Positions 1 to 12,345 of a stretch of DNA of 64,000 nucleotides are shown in pieces. Source of the DNA: Mytilus californianus (lineage: Eukaryota). Numbering within the stretch: the stretch's first letter is position 1; the number at the start of each line of letters is the position of its first letter. The notes beneath the pieces are model-generated. The model ran no database searches. It saw only the letters and a list, made by a program, of their open reading frames with translations, and was not told the DNA's origin. A program made the translations under genes and the position numbers. Location of the stretch: assembly GCF_021869535.1 (NCBI RefSeq), contig NW_026262581.1, positions 4,960,001 through 5,024,000 on the forward strand. The letters are read 5' to 3'.

Positions 1-219
1 GACTATTTCCATTTCATACATTGCCATAATGTGTGAGAATATATAAGTATTTGGTAAACAGAATGTTGTTAAGTGATGAATCTGAAAATATCACCAGGCA
101 TATCATGCTCACATAAAGATTGATACCAAACTTCAGGAAGCTATGGATAATAGTTCCTGAGAAAATGTGATAACATTTTATACATTGCCCTTATCCAATG
201 TGTAAGAATACATAAAAAA

Positions 220-2023
220 AACAAGAAATGATTGTAACAGGATGCTGTTACGAAGTCTCCCAAACGAAGCTCCCACAATTCGTAATTCCCATTAGTGATG
301 CCTGGGGACTAACCCTGTATATCATTCAAATCATCTTGGCATGACAAACCAGAATATATATGGTTTAGGGGTGGGGATCTCAACCATTAACAAGATACTA
401 GAACATTGGGGGTGGGGGGAACCCCTGGGGACTGACCCTATACGTCATTCAAATGTTCGAGACATGATGAACAGGAATATATATGGTTTAGGGGTGGGGA
501 TCTCAACCATTTACAAGATATTAGAACATTGGGGGTTGGGGGAACCCCTGGGGACTGACCGTATAAGTCATTCAAATGTTCGAGACATGATGAACAGGAA
601 TATATATGGTTTAGGGGTGGGGATCTCGACAATTTACAAGATATTAGAACTTTCTAAAATGGCAGGGGGTCAGGATGACCCCTAGGGACTAACCCTATAT
701 ATCATTCAAACTATCTTGGTATGACAAACCAGAATATATATGGTTTAGGGGTGGGGATCTTGACCACTTACAAGATATTAGAACTTTCTTAAATGGCAGG
801 GGGTGGGGGTGACCTCTGGGGACTAACCCTGTATATCATTCAAACCATCTTCGCATGACAAACCAGAATATATATGGTTTAGGGGTGGGGATCTTGACCA
901 CTTACAAGATATTAGAACATTCTTAAATGGCCTGGGGTGGTGGTGACCCCTGGGGACTTACCCTGTATTTCATTTGATGTGCTTTATCATGACAAACCAG
1001 AATATATATGGTTTAGGGGTGGGGATCTCGACCATTTACAAGATATTAGAACTTTCTCAAATGGCAGGGGGTCGGGATGACCCCTGGGGACTAACCCTGT
1101 ATTTCATTTGATGTGCTTTATCATGACAAACCAGAATATATATGGTTTAGGGGTGGGGATCTTGACCACTTAAAAGATATTAGAACTTTCTTAAATGTCA
1201 GGGGGTGGGGGTGACCCCTGGGGACTAACCCTGTCTTTCATTTGATGTGCTTTATCATGACAAACCAGAATATATATGGTTTAGGGGTGGGGATCTTGAC
1301 CACTTAAAAGATATTAGAACTTTCTTAAATGTCAGGGGGTGGGGGTGACCCCTGGGGACTAACCCTGTCTTTCATTTGATGTGCTTTATCATGACAAACC
1401 AGAATATATATGGTTTAGGGGTGGGGATCTCAACCATTTACAAGATATTAGAATTTTCTCAAATGGCAGGGGGTCGGGATGACCCTTGGGGACTTACCCT
1501 GTATATCATTCAAACCATCTTAGCATGACAAACCAGAATATATATGGTTTAGGGGTGGGGATCTCGACCATTTACAAGATATTAGAACTTTCTTAAATGG
1601 CAGGGGGTGGGGGTGACCCCTGGGGACTAACCCTGTATTTCATTTAATGTGCTTTACCATTTAGAACATTTTCAATTAAAAAGATTGTGTCTATCACAAA
1701 TGGTTTTCAATTTATAATCATTTGAAAATTTAAAAAAATAAAATCCCATATAGTTCTATAGTAAAACCCTCCTTTGTTTTTGCCCCCCCCCCCAAAGTAC
1801 CCCTTTATAAACCCCATTGCACAAACAAAACCCTGATTGCACCACTAGACATGTTAGTCTAACATATTGTGAAACCCTAAGTTAATCTGACAAGTGGTTT
1901 TGGAGAACGGGTGCGGACAAGTTCAAATTTAAAAGCGGCGGAAGAAGAAGAAGAAGAATAATTATAATAATAAGAACTGAGCAAAACCAATAAGTCTTCC
2001 CAAACTTCGTTTGGGAGACTTAA
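220..2023 (+). mobile_element. Non-autonomous Helentron-like element (HINE), copy 1, carrying an internal 134-bp satellite array; intronic in the JmjC gene
   Basis: 5' subterminal AAGTCTCCCAAACGAAG (253-269) is the exact reverse complement of CTTCGTTTGGGAGACTT (2005-2021). The latter forms the 3' arm of a hairpin (1992-2021), preceded by a (GAA)n/(AAT)n microsatellite. No TSD. Both termini are shared with the copy at 31864-33746. Confidence 0.85.
304..1660 (+). repeat. G-rich tandem array, about 10 units (two 123-bp units, then 134-bp units)
   Basis: Unit marker ATGACAAACC/ATGATGAACA at 341, 464, 587, 721, 855, 989, 1123, 1257, 1391 and 1525. Confidence 0.97.
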
Positions 2024-2157
2024 TTATTAAGAAGATATGTTATATATTTCCATATCAATGCTCTCAGAATGCAACCAAAAAAGTATCAAGAAATACATGA
2101 AATATTGAGATATTGTAGTGTTACATGTTGAATACAAGTTAAGGTGTTGAGACATAC

Positions 2158-2299
2158 CTCCCGGAGGTGTATGGTTTACAGGATATAAAAACCATCTTTT
2201 TTCTCCATAGATCACACCATTCCAAGCATCAGCATGCTTATGGAAGCTTACACCACTACTAGAGGCTCCCAGGAAAAATATACTATCATCTCGCCCATC
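2158..2299 (-). CDS. JMJD8: JMJD8-like JmjC protein, coding exon 3 (DGRDDSIFFLGASSSGVSFHKHADAWNGVIYGEKRWFLYPVNHTPPG); further exons lie beyond the window start
   Basis: Acceptor tttttaag|GAT, donor G|gtatgt, phase 0 to 1. The peptide matches the JMJD8-type core (G.SFHxH...VIYG.KRWFLYP). Orthologue versus paralogue is not resolved. Confidence 0.88.
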
Positions 2300-3297
2300 C
2301 TTAAAAATACATTCATTTGTGATCACCTAGATACTTTGTTTCAAACCTTTCATAACTTTATTGCCTCTCATTTTCTTAAAATCTTGTTTGGTTCTATGGT
2401 ATAATTCTATATGTTTTATGTTCAGACATTGAAAACCATTAGGACCAACTAAAGTACGAATTGTACCTGTATTAATATATTGTTGAAATTTTGAATGTGA
2501 CCCAAAACATGCAGTTTAAAATGTTGGGTTATTCCCCCTTAAATCACAACTTTGATTTGATATTTATTTAGTCAATAGTGTACCATACAAACTTAATGAG
2601 TAACAAAATCTGACCTTTGAAGTCAACTTCTGGATTATACAAAATAATTATTCTCAAATATAACTTTTGTTTTGGTGAAATACATATTTTATGTGGAGGT
2701 ACTTTTACAGAATATTGACTTTTTTTACAATTGTTATAAAAAAAATCATTTTTTTTTCAATCAGTTGTAACCTATCTTTACTGTTAAGACTTACATTCAT
2801 AAAAGGCAAGAAAGTATTGCAACAGTTTTATTTCATTTGGACACAGATAGTCTCAGTTAGAACTAAATACCTAGCCAACATGTAAATTATTGTAGCAATG
2901 GCATAAAGCCAAATCATGCCACCTTTTATTGTATTGTCATATTTAGTACATTATTAAGAAAGTTAAAATATGCATCAGAAAATTAACATTAATGACAAGT
3001 ATGAATAAACCAATACGTTTGGACAAAACTGCCATAAATTTACCCGTGCCTACAGTAGATATATAATCCACTTATACATATAAGGTATACAATGAAGACA
3101 AATCAATGCATTTTATTTTCTCCTTCTTGTGAATCAAACAAAGTATGTTTACTTTTATTCTATAAATGGCCATTCGTCTCTGTTTACTCAGACAGTTTTA
3201 TTTACATTTAATTCAAAATATTTTACTTCTTTTGTGTTGTTAGTAGATTTGAGTGGTTGTAAAATATTTTGAAGTTGCATTGGTAATTATACTGTAC

Positions 3298-3376
3298 CTT
3301 TATTTCAAAATATTTTGGTGGTTTTAATGTTGTTGGAAGACTTGAATCATTGTAAAACATTCTGTCAAAAATGTAC
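3298..3376 (-). CDS. JMJD8: JMJD8-like JmjC protein, coding exon 2 (YIFDRMFYNDSSLPTTLKPPKYFEIK)
   Basis: 79-nt exon with acceptor tttaattgcag|G and donor AAG|gtacag. Phase 2 to 0 bridges the flanking exons exactly; EP-L-YIFDR is the expected motif for this family. Confidence 0.88.
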
Positions 3377-4646
3377 CTGCAATTAAATTGAACAATTAGT
3401 ATTAATACGTAACCAGCACTTGGAGTTTAATGTTAGAGTATTTGTAGAAGTAAATTGAGATGTACAATTAACTTTTTGATGACTATCCTGAAAGAATATA
3501 GCATGTCTTTATTGTTCTCTTGATTAGAAAACCAATAAACAATAATTATAATAAATACTTCATGATAAAACCAAACAATCAAACACTTCAATATAAATCA
3601 CTTTTCCATTTGATAAATTTTAATCAGGATCAAACAATCTAACATTTAAACAATGTGGAATTGAGCTTATGTATCACTTTAAAATAGTATAGTGGGTAGT
3701 TAATGTAATATCAAATGTCAATTACCTATCAAAACTCCCTAAAAATAAAACTAGTTAGAAAAAGACAATGTGTCAATAAGACAATATGCCCAGTGTCCTA
3801 TCACACTATAACATTTCAAGGTTCAGTGAACTGTGAAATCTAGGTCAAAGACCTAATTTGGCATATATGTTCAACTGTTCCTATCAACATGAACAATAGT
3901 ACTAAGTTTCAAGTTGATATGACCACAACTTCATGGTAAAATACCTTACCTAAAAACTTTAACCTGATCCATATTAACACATTTCCATGTGTGGTCCAAC
4001 CCCTAATTTGGCATATATTTTAAAAAGTTATAAAGAACATAAGTACTATAAAGTTTCAAGTTTAGTTGACCGCACATTTATGGTTAACTTAATAATTCAG
4101 TTATGTTAAATGAAAAAAAAAGAAGAAATATAAGATTTTTTTCTTCCAGCATCATAATAGTTGACTAGGAACAATATATCTTTTAACACTTAATTGTTAG
4201 AATCTAACTTTTCTAAAGCAATGTGTCATCTCTGACATCATATTGTTTCTTATGTTATTGTAATCTGTATACATGGAAGGATTAAAAAGTAACTTTATTC
4301 AAAAGATTTTTGTAACAAATACAGTAGATTTTTCATGGCTAATATTCAGTATGAAAAAAAAGAGATTTAGTGTTAAAAGGTCAATGAGAAGGCAACACAG
4401 AACAAAAATCCATAAGTCACATGTATGGCATATTTTACATTATCCTACATGTTCAGGACAGGACATGACTGCAAATTTATACATAAAGTAAAACAAAACA
4501 AAGGCCCTGTAACATAATGTTAGACAGTATATACCATATATACCCTGGGTTTCAGTTGATTTTAACACTGGCATATAAGGCAGTCATTCAGAAACAGAAC
4601 TATGGCTTTGTTTTAGGTTTTCACAAAGCCATCTACTAATACTCAC

Positions 4647-5203
4647 AATGGTTCTCCATGGTCATCTTTAGACCTTATCAACTGGTCTACAAACTTAGTA
4701 AATGAACTCTCCACATTCCCATTACCACCTCTCCTGACAATTTCTAGTGAGTTTCCTGAGTAAACTAGCCAGTCACCATATTCTTTTTTCAAGCTTTCCA
4801 CTGACCATGATTCTGGTGTTGTCCAACCTGATGCATCATTGTCAAATGAAACTATGAGAGGTTTTTTAAACCTGAAGTCTTTCTCAAATTCTGCACTGGT
4901 GAAGTATTTTGCATTTTTACGGGTAACTGTACACTTCGATGAACCATACTTTTGAAGCACATTGACTGAAGCTAATCGCCATCCCCCTTTTGTGGATATT
5001 GAAGGAGAGTCTGAATTTGGCAAGGTTTTAGGCAATAAGTCATTGGTATAGACAACAAAAATGGATAAAAAGATGATGGATACAGCTCCTATAGACAATG
5101 CAGTGGAAGACAATCTACTTTGTGATGGAGACTCTGGTGTAGACTCTTCTTTGTTATTTTGTGCTGAACCATTCTTTACATGTTTGGTCTTTCTGTTTTT
5201 CAT
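4647..5203 (-). CDS. JMJD8: JMJD8-like JmjC protein, coding exon 1 (basic N-terminus, type II signal-anchor, JmjC N-terminal region)
   Basis: ORF 4643..5203. Hydrophobic anchor LSIGAVSIIFLSIFVVYT followed by C-TV-R...F..K.PLIV...W..L..EYG. Donor CCATT|gtgagt (phase 2); acceptor ttttcag at 5226-5227, so the exon starts at 5225. Confidence 0.85.
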
Positions 5204-7350
5204 ACTACCAAGATACCAATATGTACTGAAAAATAAAAATCCATATTATTTCAGATGAATTTTTGACTAAAGCTAAGATTGGATTGAATTAGTATTTAAT
5301 ATATATCATTTTTTTTTAAATCACTACAAGAAAACATATATTGTTCCTCAGATCAAATTGCATCTAGTAATTAATGTTGCAACTACTATCAGTATTTTAG
5401 TATTCCTGGTATAATTTTTAGTGAGGGGATATAGTAATTTATCTTACCTCCTATACATTTCTAGGAATATCATTGGTTAAAAGCAACCGCACTTTCATAA
5501 TTATAACATGACGATTTTAGCAGAATTAACCACAGTCCAATCAAATTTTGTATGAAGGCTACAAATATGATATTAAATTAGATTTAGATTAAAGTGATGA
5601 ACCAAATATTTTTGGGGAAAATATGGATTTCATTATTTGTGTTTTGCTTAGACTATTTTTTAGTAAAATTACAAGATTTCAATAATTTTTTTAAGAAGGG
5701 AGAAATTGATAAATATCTCAGTTGAGCTTTTAGATGGAGAAATTAAGGTTGTTTAGGTGGAGAACCAAGTCTAATAATAAGTGTAATAATGATGTATACA
5801 ATTTATTTTCTATGAATGTAGTAAATATGAATTTTGTGTATGATTCAAATCTAAGATAGGACCATTTCACCAATTAATTTTGGTGAAAATCTGTATTCCT
5901 GTTGAAAAAAGAAGGGTTTGAGAATTTCTTCAATTTTCCAGTAGCCTGAAAATGAATGAAAGCAATTAATTCTAAAAACAACAGTCGAAAAATCTTGGAA
6001 TGCTATCTGCTAAATTGAAATTTATCAACAATTGACTGTTTTCTTATTTTCAACATTTACATTGCTGTATATTGACAGAATATTAAATAAGATTATATGC
6101 ACAGAGACCCATGGTCCTGAGAGTTTCAAGCATATTTCATTTCCCTAAAATTCACTTCTTTATAACAATTAAATTTTAAGTTGGTCGAAATAGTTACAGA
6201 AAGTTAAAAGAATGGGGTGTTACAAATTGAGTTTCTTCAGTAAATTCTACTTTTTGAAGCAAGATTTAACTGAAATTAAATTACTGTCACAATAAAGTGT
6301 GGTTTTGTCATAATGGTTGGAGTCCCGGGTTTATCATTCATGTGGTTTACCGAAATAGAGTTATTGTTTTATTAAAAATATACAATAAAAAATAACTTTA
6401 TAATAACATCAAAATTTTTAAGAAAGTAGATTTACCTGAACAATGGCTTGTTAACCTATGTTAAATATGTAAATTCTTGTAAATATATATTTCACTTGTC
6501 AAAATTATTCCAGGTAACCCATACTTGATGTATATCACATTGCCGATAGCAATGATTATTTTTTTCCCCCTGATATCAACCTGATTAATAGGGACAATTA
6601 ACTGTCTTATAATTTGTGTACATGATCTAAAATTCTAAAGTAAAACATTCAAATCACTAAATCTCCTATATAAATAATAGAATTTTATACTAATCATCTC
6701 TCAACCAATATAACATTGTAATAAAGCATATATAAACAGAATTTAAAATAGTAAAAAATTAACCAGAAATTAAATAAAGATAAGAGAGGTAAATAATGGA
6801 CTGTTATTGATATATGAGCTGCATCGGATAGAAATAGACCTTATGCAAATGAATAGCAATTCTTCAGTTAACTTATTTTGGGTTAAAAAATCTCTATGCA
6901 AAGTCTGTGACTGTTTAAAAAATTGAGTTGATGTAAGAAAACAGACCAAAATTCATCTTTTATTTCGTATTTGAATGTTCTAAAATCAATCAAGTCTTAT
7001 ACAAGTACATGTATATGGGCACTTGCATAAGGTCGATTTCTATCAGACACAGCTCAAACTATTCACTTTTGAACAAAATAATATAAACAATCCTACCTTT
7101 CAATCTAAAATAAAGAAGAAATAATAACTTAGTTTCTGTACTATCTAAAAAATTGTGTATAGTAATAAACATTGAGTGTTGTTCTTTTTTCGAGAGCTTC
7201 TTAAGTCTCTAGGTTATATTAGCCATCTACACAGAGGTAAAGTAATCACAACAGTACTGTCTTTTAATGTAATATTTACATAAATAATTATGATGAGGTA
7301 ATACCATGCATTACATCTGGACATTGTTGGTATACTATGAGGATTACGAG

Positions 7351-7440
7351 GAGGATTATTACTGTGAGGCTTCATTGGAGGATTATTACTGTGAGGCTTC
7401 ATTGGAGGATTATTACTGTGAGGCTTCATTGGAGGATAAG
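7351..7440. repeat. 27-bp minisatellite, 3 perfect units plus a partial unit
   Basis: GAGGATTATTACTGTGAGGCTTCATTG at 7351, 7378 and 7405. Confidence 0.95.
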
Positions 7441-9337
7441 GTAACAATAATGATTTTTTTTCCCCTTAATTTTTCAAGGGGAATAATTTCTGAAATTTGA
7501 GGGCAAAATTACTATATGTTTGAAAGTGGTAATATCCTTGTTATCTAAGTTGTTACAGTCTAAAAATCATCACTTTATGGCATAAATACAAAACGTTTTA
7601 AAAAGAATTTTTGGAAGCTACCTTAACATGATTTATGAATTCTCCTTTGTTAAGCTGTCAACTGAAACTGATTTTGAAACCAAATATTCTAGATCTTATA
7701 ATTTGCTAAAAAGACCTTTTGTGACTTTTTTCAAAGTGTTATTATGCTTTACAATAATTTTACACAAAATGTTTCACTATAGACAAACATGAATAAAAAA
7801 AAGAGGACAAGGAATTCAACTGACAAAAAATATGAATCTTTGCTCCATGTTAAACCTTAGAATAAGTATACAAAATCTTTATGATCTTCCAATTATATAT
7901 ATGAAACTTCTAGTTTTATTTTGAAACCTTTAAGTTCATCAATTTGCTTTTTTTAGAGACTCAATAAAAAAACAAACAAGTACTTGGAATTGCTCAATAA
8001 TGATATGCCCTGCTTTAAGTTTTTGGTAAACAGGGAGTCGAAAAGCCATGCCCTAACGACAGTCTGCACCAACATTTTTTCCAACTACTAGTCCAAAGAC
8101 CAATATTCCAGCATTGTTCTTATTTGTCTAAACAAAATTTTGCAAATACTTACTAGTCTGAATAAAATTTTACTAGTCTGGGACATCGAACTAGTGGCTA
8201 ACGGAGCATAATGCCATGCAGGCGAAAGCACATCACTGCAGGTATAGCATGCTCACATGATATTTGACTTCAAATTTTAGAAAGCCCTGATTTGTAGCTC
8301 CCAATAAAAAGACATGAACATTTTATATGTATAAGTATGTGGTAAACAGGAAGTTGCTAGAGCCTAGATGAGTGATAAATCTGAAAATGCATCACAGGGT
8401 ATATCATGATCACATGAAAGATTCATAACAAATACCGGAAAGCTCTGGTTGTAATTCTCAAGATAGATGTGACAAGACTTTAATGAGGGGGACCATCCAA
8501 CCAACAAAGACATAAACCAGCAATATACCGGTATATCATTAGGGGTGGTGTTATAAAAAGTAAAATCAATGACAATAGGTGAATATTAATCTTATTATTC
8601 TCTAATTTGTAGCTAAGTGTCTGGTCTGAAAGTCTTATTGTAGAAATCTCCCAAATTTTAGTCAATATTGGGAGGATTTAAAAAGATTTTGAGACAGTTG
8701 CTATCATTTTATGTATTGATAACAGTAGCTATTACTGGCCTTTTTACCAGGTGAGAAAAAACAGGATATTCATTCCTTTAAGATTAACTTTAATAAAAGA
8801 CCTTTGCTCACTCATAAACCCTCATAAAAATTTTCTTTCCATCTGTGCCTTTTATTTTAACCATTGATTGTCTCACATTTTGATCTTTAATAAGCGATCA
8901 TGATGTAATACAGTTCAGTAACTATTTCCTTGTATTTTTTTATAACACAATAAATTGGTATTTATGTAAATAACTGCTATTTTACAATGAAAAGGTGTTT
9001 CACTGAGAACTAGTACATTCTTGAAGCATGTCATAATATTATACACACATTTATTTTAACTTCTTTTAATAATTGAAATTTGTTCCCAAAAACAAATTAT
9101 CATTTTAAATATGCAGCTTTTAGAGTGGGTTCTGAAGGAAAACAATGTCATTCTTTCAGTGCCGACGGACATTCTGTGGCATAATATAACTTTTAAAAAA
9201 AAAATGTTTGAAACAAGGAACTATTTGAGTCTGGAATAATTTTTAATTCTGGAAAATTGATATCAGCTATATCATAGCAATCACATGTTCCATTGTAAAT
9301 GTTGACTATTTTACTATTCTAATATATACATATTTAC

Positions 9338-10361
9338 TAGTGTTGTCAAATTGAACAGTTTTGACTAACCAGTTACTCGGACAATCTTTCGACTGATCAT
9401 CTGGTCAACCGGTAGGCAAATTCGTGTTTTAAAGGTCTTCAGTACTCTACAAATGCACAGTTTTATAATAAGATGAGTTGAAATTTATACTTGGACATTA
9501 TAAGGCTTGGAATTGAGCAGTCCTGGTGAAGTTTTATTTCTAATAACCCAATACTACCAATTTGTAACAAGTGAAACTGCGAGCTACTGCTCACTGATGA
9601 TATCCCCTCCCAAATACTTGACGGTTAACAGGAAGTTGTTGAGTGATGAATCTGAAAACGCATCACACAGTATAACTGACTTATATAAACCCTGAAACCA
9701 AATTTCAGAAATCCTTGTAATGTAGTTCCTGAGAAAGATGCGACGAAAAATATTCATGGGACGGACTGACGGACAGACAGAGGTAAAACAGTATACATTA
9801 CTTTTTTAAAGCGGGGGTATAATAACTTCAGATTAAGAAGATGAAAAGCGTCTTAATCTTGGCGAATTGACAATGTCTTTAATTGGTGATTCATTGTTTC
9901 ATTTTCTCTGGTGTCCAAGAAAATTCTGTGGAGTGTTTTGAGATGATTAACATGTTACTCGTACCACACAGTATTATACATTAATTCCATTCACATTTTT
10001 ATATAGGTCTACGCAATATTAAATCAAAGTAAAATAATGACGTAGATCATAAATTTAATCAGGCTACAACTGTTCAAAATACATGTAATTATGTTTACTT
10101 GAGCCGATGGACAAGTCGTCTTCGTGTTAATTAATTTTGTAAAATTGGAGTTTTTTCAAGGTTTAACAATAGTAATCAATATACTGGACAATTGATCTGT
10201 CAAATTAATGAGCTAGACTATCATTTCAAAAATTAATTAATGATTTCAATACACATTTTTATCAAATCTATTAAAATTGAAAAAGGTCTCGTTTACTGGT
10301 TAGCATTTTTGGTATTCTATATTTGGTCCTTCCGTTAACCGACTAACATTTGACAATACTA
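9338..10361. mobile_element. Non-autonomous hAT transposon with 8-bp TSD
   Basis: TIRs TAGTGTTGTCAAA / TTTGACAATACTA (1 mismatch). Perfect TSD ATATTTAC at 9330-9337 and 10362-10369. Subterminal GACTAACC/GTTAACCG motifs. Confidence 0.85.
9501..9823 (+). mobile_element. 5'-truncated HINE/pearl-like fragment nested in the hAT element
   Basis: GACGGACTGACGGACAGACAG microsatellite followed by a 3' end GTAAAACAGTATAC...GCGGGGGTATAAT. Body is related to segments near 50-180, 8330-8460 and 30660-30850. Confidence 0.65.
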
Positions 10362-11519
10362 ATATTTACAAATCCACTTCACAATTACATTTCTTGACCT
10401 TGAGCATATTGTATATCTTTTAGATAATTTTATTAGTTTTCAAGGCAAGATATAGGCAAAACACTAAATATTGGGGGGAAAAATAATCAATATTTAAGGG
10501 CAATAACTCTTACAAGGAGGCAAACAATGATTTCAGTCATATTGAAATTATTGTAGAACTTGTAGGAGATCTTGTATTGCTCATGTCTGCCATATGTTGT
10601 TCACTTTAAATTCAAAAACACCAAAAGTGGTAAAAATCTTTATTCATGGACCATATTACCCCTATAAAGTGACTTCTCATCATGTCAGATGTTAATGTGC
10701 CTGTCCAAATTCATGGAACATTGTCATAATAGTTATCTATATATCTAATAAAAAATCGTCATTTAAGAAATTTGGTCCTGATAGCAGATCTCTGATAATA
10801 TCTAATTAATTTCTAAGACTGGGGCAATTTAAAGTTTAAACATATTGTTAGACACTTATCTACTGATCAAGATGTCTTTTAGTTTTTGTGTTGGTGAGTT
10901 GATGTCTCATTGAGGTATACCCCATATCTATTTTTTTTTATCAACATTTTCAATATCCATGAGTAGCACTAGCTTGATGTTATAACTAAAGTATGATGCT
11001 GTAACACTAAATATCTGGTCTTTCCATTAGAAAAAATGCATCTTCATGGATTAAGATTTTTATAGATACTTAATACAAGATTATGTCTGGAAGAACATTT
11101 TAAAGCTGTCATTAATAAAATTCTATTGACTGCTTACTGATTTAAATTTCCTGCTATGGATTTAAGAGAAAAGTTACATGAAGGATGGTAGTATTATGTG
11201 ATATGAAACAGTTTGAAAATAGCGTAGACTCTCAATTCCATCATTAAAACATCTTGGATTGTAGACATGTATGTATTAGATACACCTTGAGGGTGTTAGC
11301 CTGAATGGGTGTAACTAATTTACACCAAGATATTATTGTCAATGCAGATTGATAGTTTAGATTAGTTCAATAATTTAGAAGGGGGTTTTTCAGCGATTTG
11401 ACCATATGTTATTGAAAAGCATGATAAATGCAGGGCATCCAATTTCATTTACGGACATCTTGGTGTAAATACGGATAGATTTGAATCTAAATAAACAATC
11501 AGCTGGTGACAAAATGATT

Positions 11520-11630
11520 TGATTGAATGATTGGTGTTTAACTCAACTTTCAGCACTCTAAGCTATTCCATGGTGGCCGGTTTTTACTGTTTAAGGAAGA
11601 AGGTGTGTCTGAAGAGAACCACTAACATTT
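11520..11630 (-). mobile_element. Degenerate 3' fragment of the V-type SINE family
   Basis: Reverse-complement similarity to the 3' half of the SINE at 19803-20032 (GTGGTTCTC...TTCCT...GAAAGT.G.GTTAAACACCAATCA). Confidence 0.55.
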
Positions 11631-12127
11631 GGACAAAACAGCGATTTTAAGAAATTTCTTTTTCAAATCCAAGAAAATATGATGCATTTGACTGTAATAC
11701 AACATTCACAATAGACCTATGAAATTTCATTATGAATTTTCCTAACTGTTCAAAATATGACTTATTTAGATACAATATTAAGCACAAAATTAATTTAAAA
11801 ATATTGACTTAATTTCTCAAATATCAGTAAAGACAACAAAATGTTTGTACAGCTTTCAGTTTTAAACCAGACCCCTTTTCTCAAAGTGGTCTGTTCCTAT
11901 TAACTGCAAGTCAAGAAATAGGCTGGTTTAAATCAGACTAAGTCGTGAAAACAATATATAAATATAAGAGGATTTCATTTCTTTTATAGTATGGTTGATA
12001 ACACTAAATCCTAATGTTATTTTACAAAACTATTCAAAGTAGGTGGATCAAACACAAGTATTTTACTTAATGATTCACAATTATTATTATTATGATCAAA
12101 TGAGTGAACTAGTAATCTGTCACCAAG

Positions 12128-12345
12128 TTAAAAATAGAGGCGAAAGATATTATAGGGACATTGAAACTCATAAGTCGAAAATAAACTGACAAAGCCATGG
12201 CTAAAAAAGAAAAAGACAAACAATAGTACACAAAAGACAACATAGAAAACTAGAGACTGAGAAACACAAACCTCACCAAAAACTGGGAGTGATCTCAGGT
12301 GCTCCAGAAGTGTCACAAGCAGATGCTGCTCCACATGTGGAAGAG
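12128..12345 (-). mobile_element. Interspersed repeat fragment, probably a Penelope-like element 3'/pLTR piece
   Basis: Minus strand CCACATGTGGAGCAGCATCTGCTT...CTGGAGCACCTGAGATCACTCCCAGTTTTTGGTGAGG, then a T-rich tail. Class assigned from recollection of mollusc PLE ends, not verified. Confidence 0.5.

Noticed and set aside
341-685. 114-aa repetitive ORF and the other ORFs inside the satellites
   Set aside because: By-product of 123-bp (41-codon) units staying in frame; no splice or homology support.
304-1660. CRISPR-like appearance of the tandem arrays (also 13984-14768 and 32010-33388)
   Set aside because: Units are contiguous with no unique spacers, there are no cas genes, and the context is eukaryotic.
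5448-7104. Micro-exon-like patterns at 5448-5460 (13 nt) and 7097-7104 (8 nt), with others near 11135, 18650 and 24370
   Set aside because: They fit the phases, but such short AG...GT patterns are expected by chance in AT-rich introns; not supportable without reads.
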